DNA of 33,957 bases from a virus. Lineage: Duplodnaviria; Caudoviricetes. This document shows, in pieces, positions 26,261-33,956 of this stretch. A model generated the notes under the pieces. The model searched no databases. It was not told the DNA's origin and was given only the letters and a program-made list of their open reading frames with translations. How positions within the stretch are numbered: the stretch's first letter is position 1; every line of letters begins with the position of its first letter. The stretch covers positions 1 through 33,957 of IMG/VR virus record IMGVR_UViG_3300021408_000103. One strand, given 5' to 3'. A program made the translations under genes and the position numbers.

Positions 26261-26445
26261 GGGGTCACCTCCCGCACACCCCAGTGGTAGGAGATCCACA
26301 GGCCGGCGCTCCCCAACGCGAGGTTGATGGCGCCCGCGTCGTAGTTGCCGGCGCACCAGTGGTAGGCGCCGACGGCGAGGCCGACCGCGAAGATGCGCCG
26401 GAGCGGGCCTGCCACCATCGCGTCGAGGGTCTGGTGGGTGCTCAC
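26257..26445 (-). CDS. Small two-TM membrane protein (62 aa)
   Basis: GAGGAG RBS; two hydrophobic segments; coupled. Confidence 0.65.
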   Translation of the reverse strand: MSTHQTLDAMVAGPLRRIFAVGLAVGAYHWCAGNYDAGAINLALGSAGLWISYHWGVREVTP

Positions 26446-26732
26446 GGCGTCTCCTCAGTGAGGCGGTAGACGGCGCGTTCACCGCGGCGCTTCGCGTCGT
26501 CGGGGGTGCGGGCCAGTCGGTGGATGGTCTCGTCCTGCTGCGGAGCGCGCTGCCACCCGACCTGCTCCATGCCTCCGCGGTCGACAACGAGCCGTGCCAG
26601 CACCGAGGAAGGGATGGCGTCGAGGGCGGTCTCCACTTGGAGCTTGACCACCATCACGTCGAACCGGTCCCACGGGACCATCGTTTCGAGCGCTGTGGCC
26701 ATCGCCTCGATGGCTTCGTCGCGGGCGCTCAC
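26442..26732 (-). CDS. Hypothetical protein (96 aa)
   Basis: GAGGAGG RBS; MSARDEAIEAMATAL... phage-like; coupled. Confidence 0.7.
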   Translation of the reverse strand: MSARDEAIEAMATALETMVPWDRFDVMVVKLQVETALDAIPSSVLARLVVDRGGMEQVGWQRAPQQDETIHRLARTPDDAKRRGERAVYRLTEETP

Positions 26733-26989
26733 CGGGCCTCCTCAGTGCCGTCGGCGCCCGGGTCGATGCGCACCATGCGCCAGCCGGTGGCATCGAGGGC
26801 GGCCTGCAGGTCGCTCGCGCTCACTCGGGTCTCGGTGCGGGGGAAGCGGGTGGTGAGCCACAGGAGGAAGAGGGTGATGAGGAGGCCGATGACGGTCCCC
26901 CCTCCGGTCTCGCCCCCGAGGGTGACATCTGCATTCCAACCGGCGGAGGCCAGGAGTCCGAAGCGGATGAGCTGGTTGTCCCAGTTCAC
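26729..26989 (-). CDS. Membrane protein (86 aa)
   Basis: TVIGLLITLFLLWL TM segment; GTGA-coupled to the RHH gene. Confidence 0.65.
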   Translation of the reverse strand: MNWDNQLIRFGLLASAGWNADVTLGGETGGGTVIGLLITLFLLWLTTRFPRTETRVSASDLQAALDATGWRMVRIDPGADGTEEAR

Positions 26990-27144
26990 TGGGTGTCTGC
27001 CTGACGCTCGGCGTCCATGCGCTCGGCCTCGGAGGCGAGCCCTCGGATGACGAGTTCCCGCAGGGTCTCGTCGCTGTCGAGCGCTAGGCCTTTCAGCTTC
27101 TTATGCAGGTCACTGGGAAAGTCTTTGATGTGAAGCACAGACAT
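26986..27144 (-). CDS. Ribbon-helix-helix (Arc/CopG-like) regulator (52 aa)
   Basis: Read by hand, below the ORF-track cutoff: MSVLHIKDFPSDLHKKLKGLALDSDETLRELVIRGLASEAERMDAERQADTQ. Confidence 0.8.
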   Translation of the reverse strand: MSVLHIKDFPSDLHKKLKGLALDSDETLRELVIRGLASEAERMDAERQADTQ

Positions 27145-27239
27145 CCTCTGTTTCTAGCGCAGCCCTCGTAGCAGCGGATGCGTAGATGATAGCGCAGGCT
27201 GTGCAGGATACGCATGCATCCTCTGCTACCGTCACATCC
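27142..27239. promoter_or_regulatory. Divergent promoter/operator region
   Basis: GTAGCAGCGGATGC (27168-27181) / GCATCCTCTGCTAC (27216-27229), 13/14 inverted match; CATCCTCTG also at 27142-27150; TACCGT -10-like hexamer at 27227-27232, 7 nt before ATG 27240. Confidence 0.6.
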
Positions 27240-27410
27240 ATGTGGACTCTCCCCATGGGCTTCGGCCTCGCAGTAGTGGGTGCCGCGCTGCACCTCTGGG
27301 ACTGGTTGCGGACACCGTCCGTGCCGGCCCGGCTCACCGTCGGTCGCGTCGTCGTCTTCGCCGCAGGCGTGGCCGCCGCCAACCTCATCGTCGGGCAGGT
27401 GGCCTCGTGA
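27240..27410 (+). CDS. Small two-TM protein, Spd-like (56 aa)
   Basis: MWTLPMGFGLAVVGAALHLWDWLR...; probably leaderless; first gene of the transfer operon. Confidence 0.65.
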   Translation: MWTLPMGFGLAVVGAALHLWDWLRTPSVPARLTVGRVVVFAAGVAAANLIVGQVAS

Positions 27411-27622
27411 CCATCTCCCTCGGACTCCTGATGCTCGTGATCGTGGGCCTCGCCTGGAAGATGAAGGGCGCCCAGCTCCCGCACGTCATCCTCGGCATGC
27501 TGCTCGTGAAGGCCGCGACGCCGGGCAGCATCGTCGACGACTTCGCCGGCCAGGGCCTGGCCATCGTCAACACGATCGTGAACTCGGTCGCCACCGCCCT
27601 CGGCCAGGGGAACCTCGTCTGA
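27407..27622 (+). CDS. Small membrane protein, Spd-like (71 aa)
   Basis: GTGA-coupled; MTISLGLLMLVIVGLAWKMKGAQLPHVILGMLL resembles small TM proteins of actinomycete conjugative elements. Confidence 0.75.
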   Translation: MTISLGLLMLVIVGLAWKMKGAQLPHVILGMLLVKAATPGSIVDDFAGQGLAIVNTIVNSVATALGQGNLV

Positions 27623-27753
27623 TGGGCGCCTTCGCGGTGTTCACCCTCATCCGCGGCGTGCTGGGCCTCGTCACCGGGGTCCTGCTCCGCTACCCGAAAC
27701 CCCTGCTCGGCCTGCTGGCGGTGTGGGTGCTGGTCAAGGCGGCCGGCGGGTGA
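27622..27753 (+). CDS. Small hydrophobic protein (43 aa)
   Basis: TGATG-coupled; MGAFAVFTLIRGVLGLVTGVLLRYPKPLLGLLAVWVLVKAAGG. Confidence 0.65.
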   Translation: MGAFAVFTLIRGVLGLVTGVLLRYPKPLLGLLAVWVLVKAAGG

Positions 27754-28655
27754 GGGTCAACGAGTGGGAGCGCTACGCCACATGGTCCGTGGTGGGGCTC
27801 GTCGCCGCGCTCGGCCTGATCGGCGCGGTGAACAGCTTCACCCACGTCGCCGAAGCCGTACGCCCGTCGTTCGGTGAGCTGGCCCCAACGGTCCCGCTCG
27901 GCATCGACATCGGCATCGCCGCGTTCACCGGCCTGGACCTGCTGATGGCCCGCATGGGGATGCGCACCCGGTGGCTGCGCCTCGTCCCCTGGGCGCTGGT
28001 GGGTGTGACCGTGTACCTCAACGTCGCCGGTGAGGTCACCCTCGTCGGCCAGCTCGCACACGGGGTCCTCCCGCTGTTGTGGGTCGTGGCCGTCGAGGCC
28101 GGCGCCCACGTGGTCCGCACCCTCGCCGGGCTCTCCGGCCGCGGTGCGCCGAGGATGGACCGCATCCGGCCCTCCCGGTGGCTTCTGGCCCCGCTGCCCA
28201 CGCTGCTGCTGTGGCGCCGCATGGTCCTCTGGGAGCTGCGCTCGTACACGCAGGCCCTGGACCGCGAGCAGGACCGCCTCCTGGCCCGCAGCGACCTACA
28301 GGACGCACACGGCGGCGTCGCCTACCGGTGGAAGGCACCGCGCCGGGACCGGGTCATGTACCGCCTGGGCCGCCGGGCCCCGGCCCAGCCCGAGCCGGCC
28401 CCCGCACTGGCCCCCGTGGCAGTCGCCTCGAGCGCGCCACCCGTGGCCCAGCCCGGCCCCGCGAGCTCCAACGGCAACGGCCACAAGCTGTCCGTCGACG
28501 ACGCGGCGCGGCTCATCCACGAGCAGGCGCAGGCCGCCGGCCGTGACCTCTCCGCCCGGGAGCTGGTCCGCAGACTGCAGGACGAGGGCCACGCGTGTGG
28601 CCGCGCCAGGGCCGGCCAGCTACTCCGTGGCTTCGCCCGCGAGGTGGCCTCGTGA
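27750..28655 (+). CDS. DUF2637/SpdA-like membrane protein with C-terminal HTH-like region
   Basis: Four TM segments, VPLGIDIGI, HGVLPLLWVVAVE, RWLLAPLPT..LWRRMVLWELRSY, C-terminal LSARELVRRL...GRARAGQL. Confidence 0.82.
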   Translation: MRVNEWERYATWSVVGLVAALGLIGAVNSFTHVAEAVRPSFGELAPTVPLGIDIGIAAFTGLDLLMARMGMRTRWLRLVPWALVGVTVYLNVAGEVTLVGQLAHGVLPLLWVVAVEAGAHVVRTLAGLSGRGAPRMDRIRPSRWLLAPLPTLLLWRRMVLWELRSYTQALDREQDRLLARSDLQDAHGGVAYRWKAPRRDRVMYRLGRRAPAQPEPAPALAPVAVASSAPPVAQPGPASSNGNGHKLSVDDAARLIHEQAQAAGRDLSARELVRRLQDEGHACGRARAGQLLRGFAREVAS

Positions 28656-30856
28656 AGCCGCTCTGGCGCCGCGCCTACAGCGGGGACGTGGCCCCGGGGT
28701 GGCTCCGTCGCAGGGCCGGCCGGGACCAGCCGAGGGCCAACGGGAGCCATGAGGACCACCGGCCGGAGGGCCAGGACCACGAGGGCCAGGCCATGGACCG
28801 GCCGTGGCCCTCGGAGCCGGACCAGGAGGGCCACCGGTCCCTGATGCCGCCGCGGCCCTACGTGGCCGAGGACCACTGGACCGAGGTGGACGTGGTCCCG
28901 GTGGTCCCGGACGCCTGGCGAGATCCACGCGCCGGGGCCAGGCTCGCGTACCTCAGGGCCAAGCACTGGCTGGGCTTCCACCTGGTCCGCACCCCGGTCT
29001 ACGCGGGGCGGAACCTGCTCTGGTCGCCCCGTGGCTTGCGCCGTGACGTCGTGGGCCTGTGGCGCTGGGTGACGGACTTCGAGAACCGGGACGTCATCTG
29101 GGCGGCCGGTAAGGCAGCGGAGGAGACCGGCGACTTCCACCAGTACGACCGGCTGACCAAGTCCCGCGAGGCCAGGGTGAAGCCACGCCGGCTCTCGCTG
29201 GCCTTCATGGCCCTGGCCCTCGGTGGCCTCGGCTACCTGGTCCTCATGGACCTGTGGCTCCTGGCCCTCGTGGCCCCGGTCCTGGTCCTGGTCCTCGGCT
29301 ACCAGGGCCGCCCATCGGACCGGCCCTACTTCGAGTCCTCGGTCACGTCGGCCCCGGAGGCCATCCGCATCACAGGCGAGATGATCCTCGTGGCCCTCCA
29401 CAGGGCCGGCCTCGCCCGGGAGGCCGATGGACCTGAGGCCCCCACCTTCCTGGCCCCCGGCGTCGCCCAGGAGCACAAGGGCTGGGGAGCCACCGTGGAC
29501 CTGCCGCTCGGCTACTCGGCCGAGACGGCGATCAAGGCCAAGACCAAGATCGCCGCCAACCTGCGCATCAGCGGCCGCCGCCTGTTCATCGAAGAGGCCG
29601 AGCACGCAGGCCAGATCAAGCTGTGGATCGCTGACTCTGACCCGCTGGCCCGCCCACCGGTCGTGTCGCCGCTGGTCAAGGCATCGAAGTTCGACCTGTG
29701 GCGGGAGATCCCGTTCGGCCAAGACGAGAAGGGCCAGCAGGTGTCGTTCCTGCTGCTGTGGACCTTCGTCCTGATCGGGGCGCTCCCGGGCATGGGCAAG
29801 ACCTTCGTGCTCCGACTGATCGTCGCCGCCGCTGCGCTCGACCCCTACTCGAAGCTGCTGCTGTGGGACGGCAAGGGCGGCAAGGACCACGCCCCGTTCG
29901 AGCGGGTGTGCCACGCCTTCGGTGCCGGCGCCGCCGACGAAGTGGCCCGAGCCCTGCTCGCCGCCACGTCTGACCTGGTCAGGGACATGGACGGCCGGTA
30001 CGCCAAGATCGCCAAGCTCCCGGTCGAGCGTGTCCCCGAGGGGAAGCTGACCTCGGCCGCGTCCCGGGACCGCAAGCTCAACATGCCGGTCACGCTCCTG
30101 GCGATCGACGAGTTCCAGGTGTACCTGCAGAACAAGCTGTACGGGAAGGACATCCTCGACAACCTCACGAAGATCGCCCAGCGCGGCCGTGGTGCCGGGA
30201 TCATCCTGGCCCTGGCCACGCAGAGGCCCAGCTCAACGGTCATGAAGACCGACTTCCGGGACCTGTTCGGCACCCGGATCGCCCTGCGCATGCCCAACAG
30301 CGACGCAGCGAAGATGATCCTGGGCGACGGCGGCTCTCGCACGGGGCTCGACTCGTCGACGTTCAAGGCCACCGACAAGGGTGTGTGCATCCTGCTGGGA
30401 GCCGATGAGGGCGCCCTCGTGGACCGTGGCGCCGTGGTCGTCAAGTCCCACCTCATGGACCTCCCGGCCGCCACGCAGGTGGCGAACAGGGCCCGTGCGC
30501 TGCGGGAGGGCGCCGGCACCCTGACCGGGGTCGCAGCGGGGGAGCCCGAGGCCCTCACGGATGAGGTGCTGAACCACGCCGCCGCCGCGTTCGAGGGCGA
30601 GGACCAGGCCCACTCCGAGGTGCTTGTCGCACGGATGGCTGCGACCTACCCGGGCCTCTACGGGACGTGGGATCAGAGCGACCTGGCCGCCGCCCTCGGC
30701 CGCTTCGGCATCGCCGCCGGGAACCAGACGTGGGCGGCGCCGCTCGACGACGGACCGAAGCGCAACCGCAAGGGCTTCGCCCTCAAGCAGGTGCTCGATG
30801 TCCTCGTCGAGAAGGCCGGCGAAGTGCCCGATTCGCCCACCGGAACCGCCGATTGA
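28652..30856 (+). CDS. traB: TraB-like FtsK/SpoIIIE DNA translocase
   Basis: GTG 28652 coupled; TM pair, Walker A GALPGMGKT, DGKGG, Walker B LLAIDEFQ, GRGAGI...ATQRP, C-terminal winged-helix-like W...DLAAAL..FGI...Q.W...NRKG. Confidence 0.88.
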   Translation: MKPLWRRAYSGDVAPGWLRRRAGRDQPRANGSHEDHRPEGQDHEGQAMDRPWPSEPDQEGHRSLMPPRPYVAEDHWTEVDVVPVVPDAWRDPRAGARLAYLRAKHWLGFHLVRTPVYAGRNLLWSPRGLRRDVVGLWRWVTDFENRDVIWAAGKAAEETGDFHQYDRLTKSREARVKPRRLSLAFMALALGGLGYLVLMDLWLLALVAPVLVLVLGYQGRPSDRPYFESSVTSAPEAIRITGEMILVALHRAGLAREADGPEAPTFLAPGVAQEHKGWGATVDLPLGYSAETAIKAKTKIAANLRISGRRLFIEEAEHAGQIKLWIADSDPLARPPVVSPLVKASKFDLWREIPFGQDEKGQQVSFLLLWTFVLIGALPGMGKTFVLRLIVAAAALDPYSKLLLWDGKGGKDHAPFERVCHAFGAGAADEVARALLAATSDLVRDMDGRYAKIAKLPVERVPEGKLTSAASRDRKLNMPVTLLAIDEFQVYLQNKLYGKDILDNLTKIAQRGRGAGIILALATQRPSSTVMKTDFRDLFGTRIALRMPNSDAAKMILGDGGSRTGLDSSTFKATDKGVCILLGADEGALVDRGAVVVKSHLMDLPAATQVANRARALREGAGTLTGVAAGEPEALTDEVLNHAAAAFEGEDQAHSEVLVARMAATYPGLYGTWDQSDLAAALGRFGIAAGNQTWAAPLDDGPKRNRKGFALKQVLDVLVEKAGEVPDSPTGTAD

Positions 30857-30860
30857 GGCC

Positions 30861-30941
30861 CTATCCCCCTATCCCCCTACCGCGCGGATCCTATCCCCCC
30901 CGATGGGAATGGATACCCGCTCTGACCTGGACTCTATCCCC
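30861..30941 (+). repeat. clt-like 8-bp direct repeats (CTATCCCC x4)
   Basis: Perfect copies at 30861, 30869, 30891 and 30934, starting 4 nt after the traB stop, with degenerate neighbours. Confidence 0.7.
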
Positions 30942-31022
30942 CAGCCCCCAAACCCCGATGAGAGCCGAAACCGGCCGAAACAGGGGTCAGCGCCTCGCGC
31001 CGCCCCAGATAGGACCCACACC

Positions 31023-31235
31023 GTGAAGGTGCTCTACGTCTTCGACGACACCGTGATCGTCACCGACGAGTTCGAACTCGACCCCGGCGACGCGACCGAC
31101 GTCCGCAACGCCAAGTCCCGCGCCGAACTGCGCGACATCCTCGACCCGCTGATCGCCGAGCACGCCCTCTCTGAGCCGCGCCCCACGCTCGGCTCCCACA
31201 AGCGGACCATCGACTTCGGGCTTGAGGAGACCTGA
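31023..31235 (+). CDS. Hypothetical acidic protein (70 aa)
   Basis: GTG 31023 after AGGA; MKVLYVFDDTVIVTDEFELDP...; coding-like codon usage. Confidence 0.6.
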   Translation: MKVLYVFDDTVIVTDEFELDPGDATDVRNAKSRAELRDILDPLIAEHALSEPRPTLGSHKRTIDFGLEET

Positions 31236-31381
31236 TGAGCCTCTCCGTGATGCTCGGCCTGCAGCCGCCCTGCCCCGGCGAGAAGTCGGTGTGGTGGGGG
31301 ACCATGAAGTGCAAGCTCCCAGCCCGCCACCGCGGCGACCACAAGAACGGCAAGCACACCTGGCACTACGGCACCTGGTGA
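31235..31381 (+). CDS. Small C..C..H..H zinc-finger-like protein (48 aa)
   Basis: GAGGAG RBS, TGATG-coupled; MSLSVMLGLQPPCPGEKSVWWGTMKCKLPARHRGDHKNGKHTWHYGTW. Confidence 0.6.
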   Translation: MSLSVMLGLQPPCPGEKSVWWGTMKCKLPARHRGDHKNGKHTWHYGTW

Positions 31382-31444
31382 CCAGGCGAGTACACGTAGA
31401 AGTAGCCTCGCCCCGCCGAGATTGCTCCAACTAAGGTGCGACGC

Positions 31445-32971
31445 ATGGAGACGAAGGCGGGTGCGTGCGTGGCGATCTACGTGCGCATCTCAGTGGACCG
31501 TGCCGGCCGGCGCGAGGGCGTCGGCCGGCAGGAGAAGTGGGGCCGGGCCTACGCCGCCCGGGTGTGGCCCGGTGTCCCGGTGCGGGTGTTCGCCGACAAC
31601 GACGCCTCGGCCTTCGACGAGGACTCGGTGCGGCCCGGCTACGACGCCCTCCTCGACGCGATCCGCCGGCGCGAGGTACTCCACCTGTGGTCTGTGGAGC
31701 AGACCCGCATCGAGGCGAACAACCGCCGATGGGTCGGTCTCGTCGCCGACCTCGACGACGCCGGGCTCGACGAGATCCACACGGAGCGGGACGGGGTCGT
31801 CCGCCTCGACGAGGTGGCCGACATCAAGCAGGCACTCTCCCACCACGAGCGCAAGCGGGCCCGCAAGCGGCTGCGCGACACGCTGAACGACCTCGCCGAC
31901 GAAGGGCGACCTCACGGAGGCAACACCTTCGGGTACCGCCCAGCTGTCGATGCGGACGGCCGCAAAACGATGCGCTCCCCACCGGCCGAAGTCTTCGCCC
32001 TGCGGTGGTGGGCCGGCGCCGTGCTCGCCGGCTGGTCGGTCACCAACATCGGCCGGCAGATGAACCAGTTCAACGCGCTCCGATGGATGTTCGGCCACCG
32101 CGGCGTCGAGCCCATCATGGCCTGGCGCATCCGACGTGACGGCAGTGTGGTCAGCCCGCTGTGGGTGCCGCCGAAGATCCGGGGGGCGCTCACGAACCCG
32201 ACCGTCGCCGGGTTCCGCGTCCACCACGGTGAGGTGCACCGGCGTGGGACGTGGGAGCCGATCCTCGACGAGGTCACCTGGCGCCGGGTGTGCGCCGCCC
32301 TGTCCGCCCCCCGGAAGGTGACCCGCCGGGACGGCAAGACGATGACCATCAGTCCGACCATCCGCCCGGCCCGCAAGTTCCAGCTCACCGGGTACGTGTA
32401 CTGCGGGCGCGAGGAATGCGGGCACCACATGACCGGCCGCACCCAACGCGACCGCGGACGGCAGGAGCCACGGATCTACTTCTGCGTCCGGGACCCCGAC
32501 GCCGGGGGAGGGTGCAACGGCACCGGGATCGTGGCGCCGCCGCTCGAGGCCGATTTCAAGCGACGCCTGTTCGACCGCCTGCGCAGCAAGCAGTTCCGTG
32601 CCGCTCTGGCTTCGGACGGCACGCTGGCGCGGCGCGAGGAGATCGCCGCCGAGATGTCCGCGGTGGAGCAGCGCAACGTGGCGCTCGCTCGGCGCTGGGC
32701 GACGCCGGGGAGTGGCCTGTCGGACGAAGCGTGGGATGTCGCACGGCAGGGGCTGGCTGACCAACTGAGCGCTCTCAGCGCCGAACTGGTAGCTCTGCCC
32801 CCTCCGCTCGTGGATATCGATCCTGAGGCGATCATGGCGGTCTGGGACCACCATGATCGCCTCAGGATCGATATCCACGAGCGGCGGGTGGTCGACCGGA
32901 TCGTGATCGGCCCGGCTGTTCCGGGCGCCTCGTGGTACGAGCGCTCCCGCGTGACCGTCGTGTGGCGCTAG
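31445..32971 (+). CDS. int: Large serine recombinase (integrase)
   Basis: AIYVRIS catalytic Ser, FADND.SA, RPGY, FGY, LTNP..AG, WEPIL, zinc ribbon CG..CG...YFC...C, coiled coil; TAAGGT -10-like hexamer 7 nt before ATG 31445. Confidence 0.93.
   Translation: METKAGACVAIYVRISVDRAGRREGVGRQEKWGRAYAARVWPGVPVRVFADNDASAFDEDSVRPGYDALLDAIRRREVLHLWSVEQTRIEANNRRWVGLVADLDDAGLDEIHTERDGVVRLDEVADIKQALSHHERKRARKRLRDTLNDLADEGRPHGGNTFGYRPAVDADGRKTMRSPPAEVFALRWWAGAVLAGWSVTNIGRQMNQFNALRWMFGHRGVEPIMAWRIRRDGSVVSPLWVPPKIRGALTNPTVAGFRVHHGEVHRRGTWEPILDEVTWRRVCAALSAPRKVTRRDGKTMTISPTIRPARKFQLTGYVYCGREECGHHMTGRTQRDRGRQEPRIYFCVRDPDAGGGCNGTGIVAPPLEADFKRRLFDRLRSKQFRAALASDGTLARREEIAAEMSAVEQRNVALARRWATPGSGLSDEAWDVARQGLADQLSALSAELVALPPPLVDIDPEAIMAVWDHHDRLRIDIHERRVVDRIVIGPAVPGASWYERSRVTVVWR
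32804..32884. repeat. Perfect 34-bp inverted repeat inside the integrase 3' end
   Basis: CCGCTCGTGGATATCGATCCTGAGGCGATCATGG (32804-32837), 13-nt spacer CGGTCTGGGACCA, exact reverse complement at 32851-32884. Confidence 0.95.
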
Positions 32972-33171
32972 GCGAGGTCGTCGAACTCCCCGGCCTTGGC
33001 CCCGTCGAGCAGGGCCCGGATCTCGGGGCGGGTGAACTCCAGCACGGGGGAGCCGTCGCCCAGCTTGCTGTCGCGCAGCCCGATCGTGCCGTTGCCGAGA
33101 TCAGCCAGCTGGACGCACGAGCCGTTCTGGCCGGAGGCCGATGCCTTGCGCCAGGTCACGGATTCGCTCAT
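32968..33171 (-). CDS. DUF397 (BldB/Scr2-like) protein (67 aa)
   Basis: WRKASAS...GSCVQLA...IGLRDSK....PVLEFT..E...L..G.K.GEFD. Confidence 0.92.
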   Translation of the reverse strand: MSESVTWRKASASGQNGSCVQLADLGNGTIGLRDSKLGDGSPVLEFTRPEIRALLDGAKAGEFDDLA

Positions 33172-33956
33172 CGGTATTTCTCCTCGGCTGTGGTGCGGAT
33201 CAGGTCGAGAGACTCGCTGGGTGGGAGGGCGACTGCGGAGAGGTAGCGCCACAGGGCGACGTGTGCTTCGACGTCCGGTGGCCGGTCGAGGTAGTGAGGT
33301 CCGGCCCGGTCTTCGGTGACGACCATGTAGGGCGCGGGGCCATCGGTCGAGGCGTAGGCGGAGAACGACCCGAACGCCGCGCAGAACACGCCGGCAGCGA
33401 GGGGCAGCACCTGGACCGTGACGTCCGGCAGGGACGCCACGGAGGCCAGGTGTGCGAGCTGGGCGGCCATCACCTCGCCGCCGCCGGCGACCCGGTAGAG
33501 AACCGACTCGTCGAGCACGACGGACAAGCGCAGGGGGTTGGGCTGGCGGGTGAGGACGGCTTGGCGGGCGACACGGGTGCCGACCTTCTGGGCGACGTGG
33601 TCCGGGTTGACCGGCGAGGGCCCGACACCCTCGACGGCGGTCGCGTACTCCGGCGTCTGCAACAGCCCGTGGACGACGACGGGCTCGAACGCCCAGATCC
33701 GAGCGGCGGCCTGTTCGAGGGAGGCCAGGTGTCCGAGCCAGTTCGGCACGGCGTGCCCGTTGGGGGCGACGGCCTGGTCCAGCAGCAGCGCGAGCTCGGG
33801 CAGCGTCACCTCGAGCGCCTGGGCGATCTGCGGGCGGGTGTCAGGGTGGGGTAGTCGCCGGCCCTGCTCCCAGTCCCTGACCGATGCGACCGAGGCGCCG
33901 ACCGCTTCCGCGAGTCGCTCCTGACTGAATCCCTGTTCCTCTCGGCGGGCCCGCAG
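33168..33956 (-). CDS. XRE HTH + DUF5753 (WhiJ/Scr1-like) regulator, 5' end outside window
   Basis: Frame open to window edge: LRARREEQGFSQERLAEAVGASVASVRDWEQGRRLP; then LEQAA..IWAFEP.VVHGLLQTPEYA, LDESVL.R..GG.EVMAAQL.HL. Confidence 0.92.
   Translation of the reverse strand: MRARREEQGFSQERLAEAVGASVASVRDWEQGRRLPHPDTRPQIAQALEVTLPELALLLDQAVAPNGHAVPNWLGHLASLEQAAARIWAFEPVVVHGLLQTPEYATAVEGVGPSPVNPDHVAQKVGTRVARQAVLTRQPNPLRLSVVLDESVLYRVAGGGEVMAAQLAHLASVASLPDVTVQVLPLAAGVFCAAFGSFSAYASTDGPAPYMVVTEDRAGPHYLDRPPDVEAHVALWRYLSAVALPPSESLDLIRTTAEEKYR

Larger units (their letters stand above)
27240..30950 (+). mobile_element. AICE/Streptomyces-plasmid-like conjugative transfer module
   Basis: Three small TM genes, DUF2637-like gene, TraB/FtsK-like gene and downstream 8-bp direct repeats in one coupled operon. 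Confidence 0.75.

Noticed and set aside
31490-32878. 462-aa minus-strand ORF starting MDIDPEAIM, matching part of the integrase
   Set aside because: The identity is a by-product of the 34-bp inverted repeat; the rest is integrase antisense.
32804-32884. Palindrome as a protelomerase (hairpin telomere) site
   Set aside because: No protelomerase gene in the window, the centre is not perfectly symmetric, and cutting there would split the integrase.
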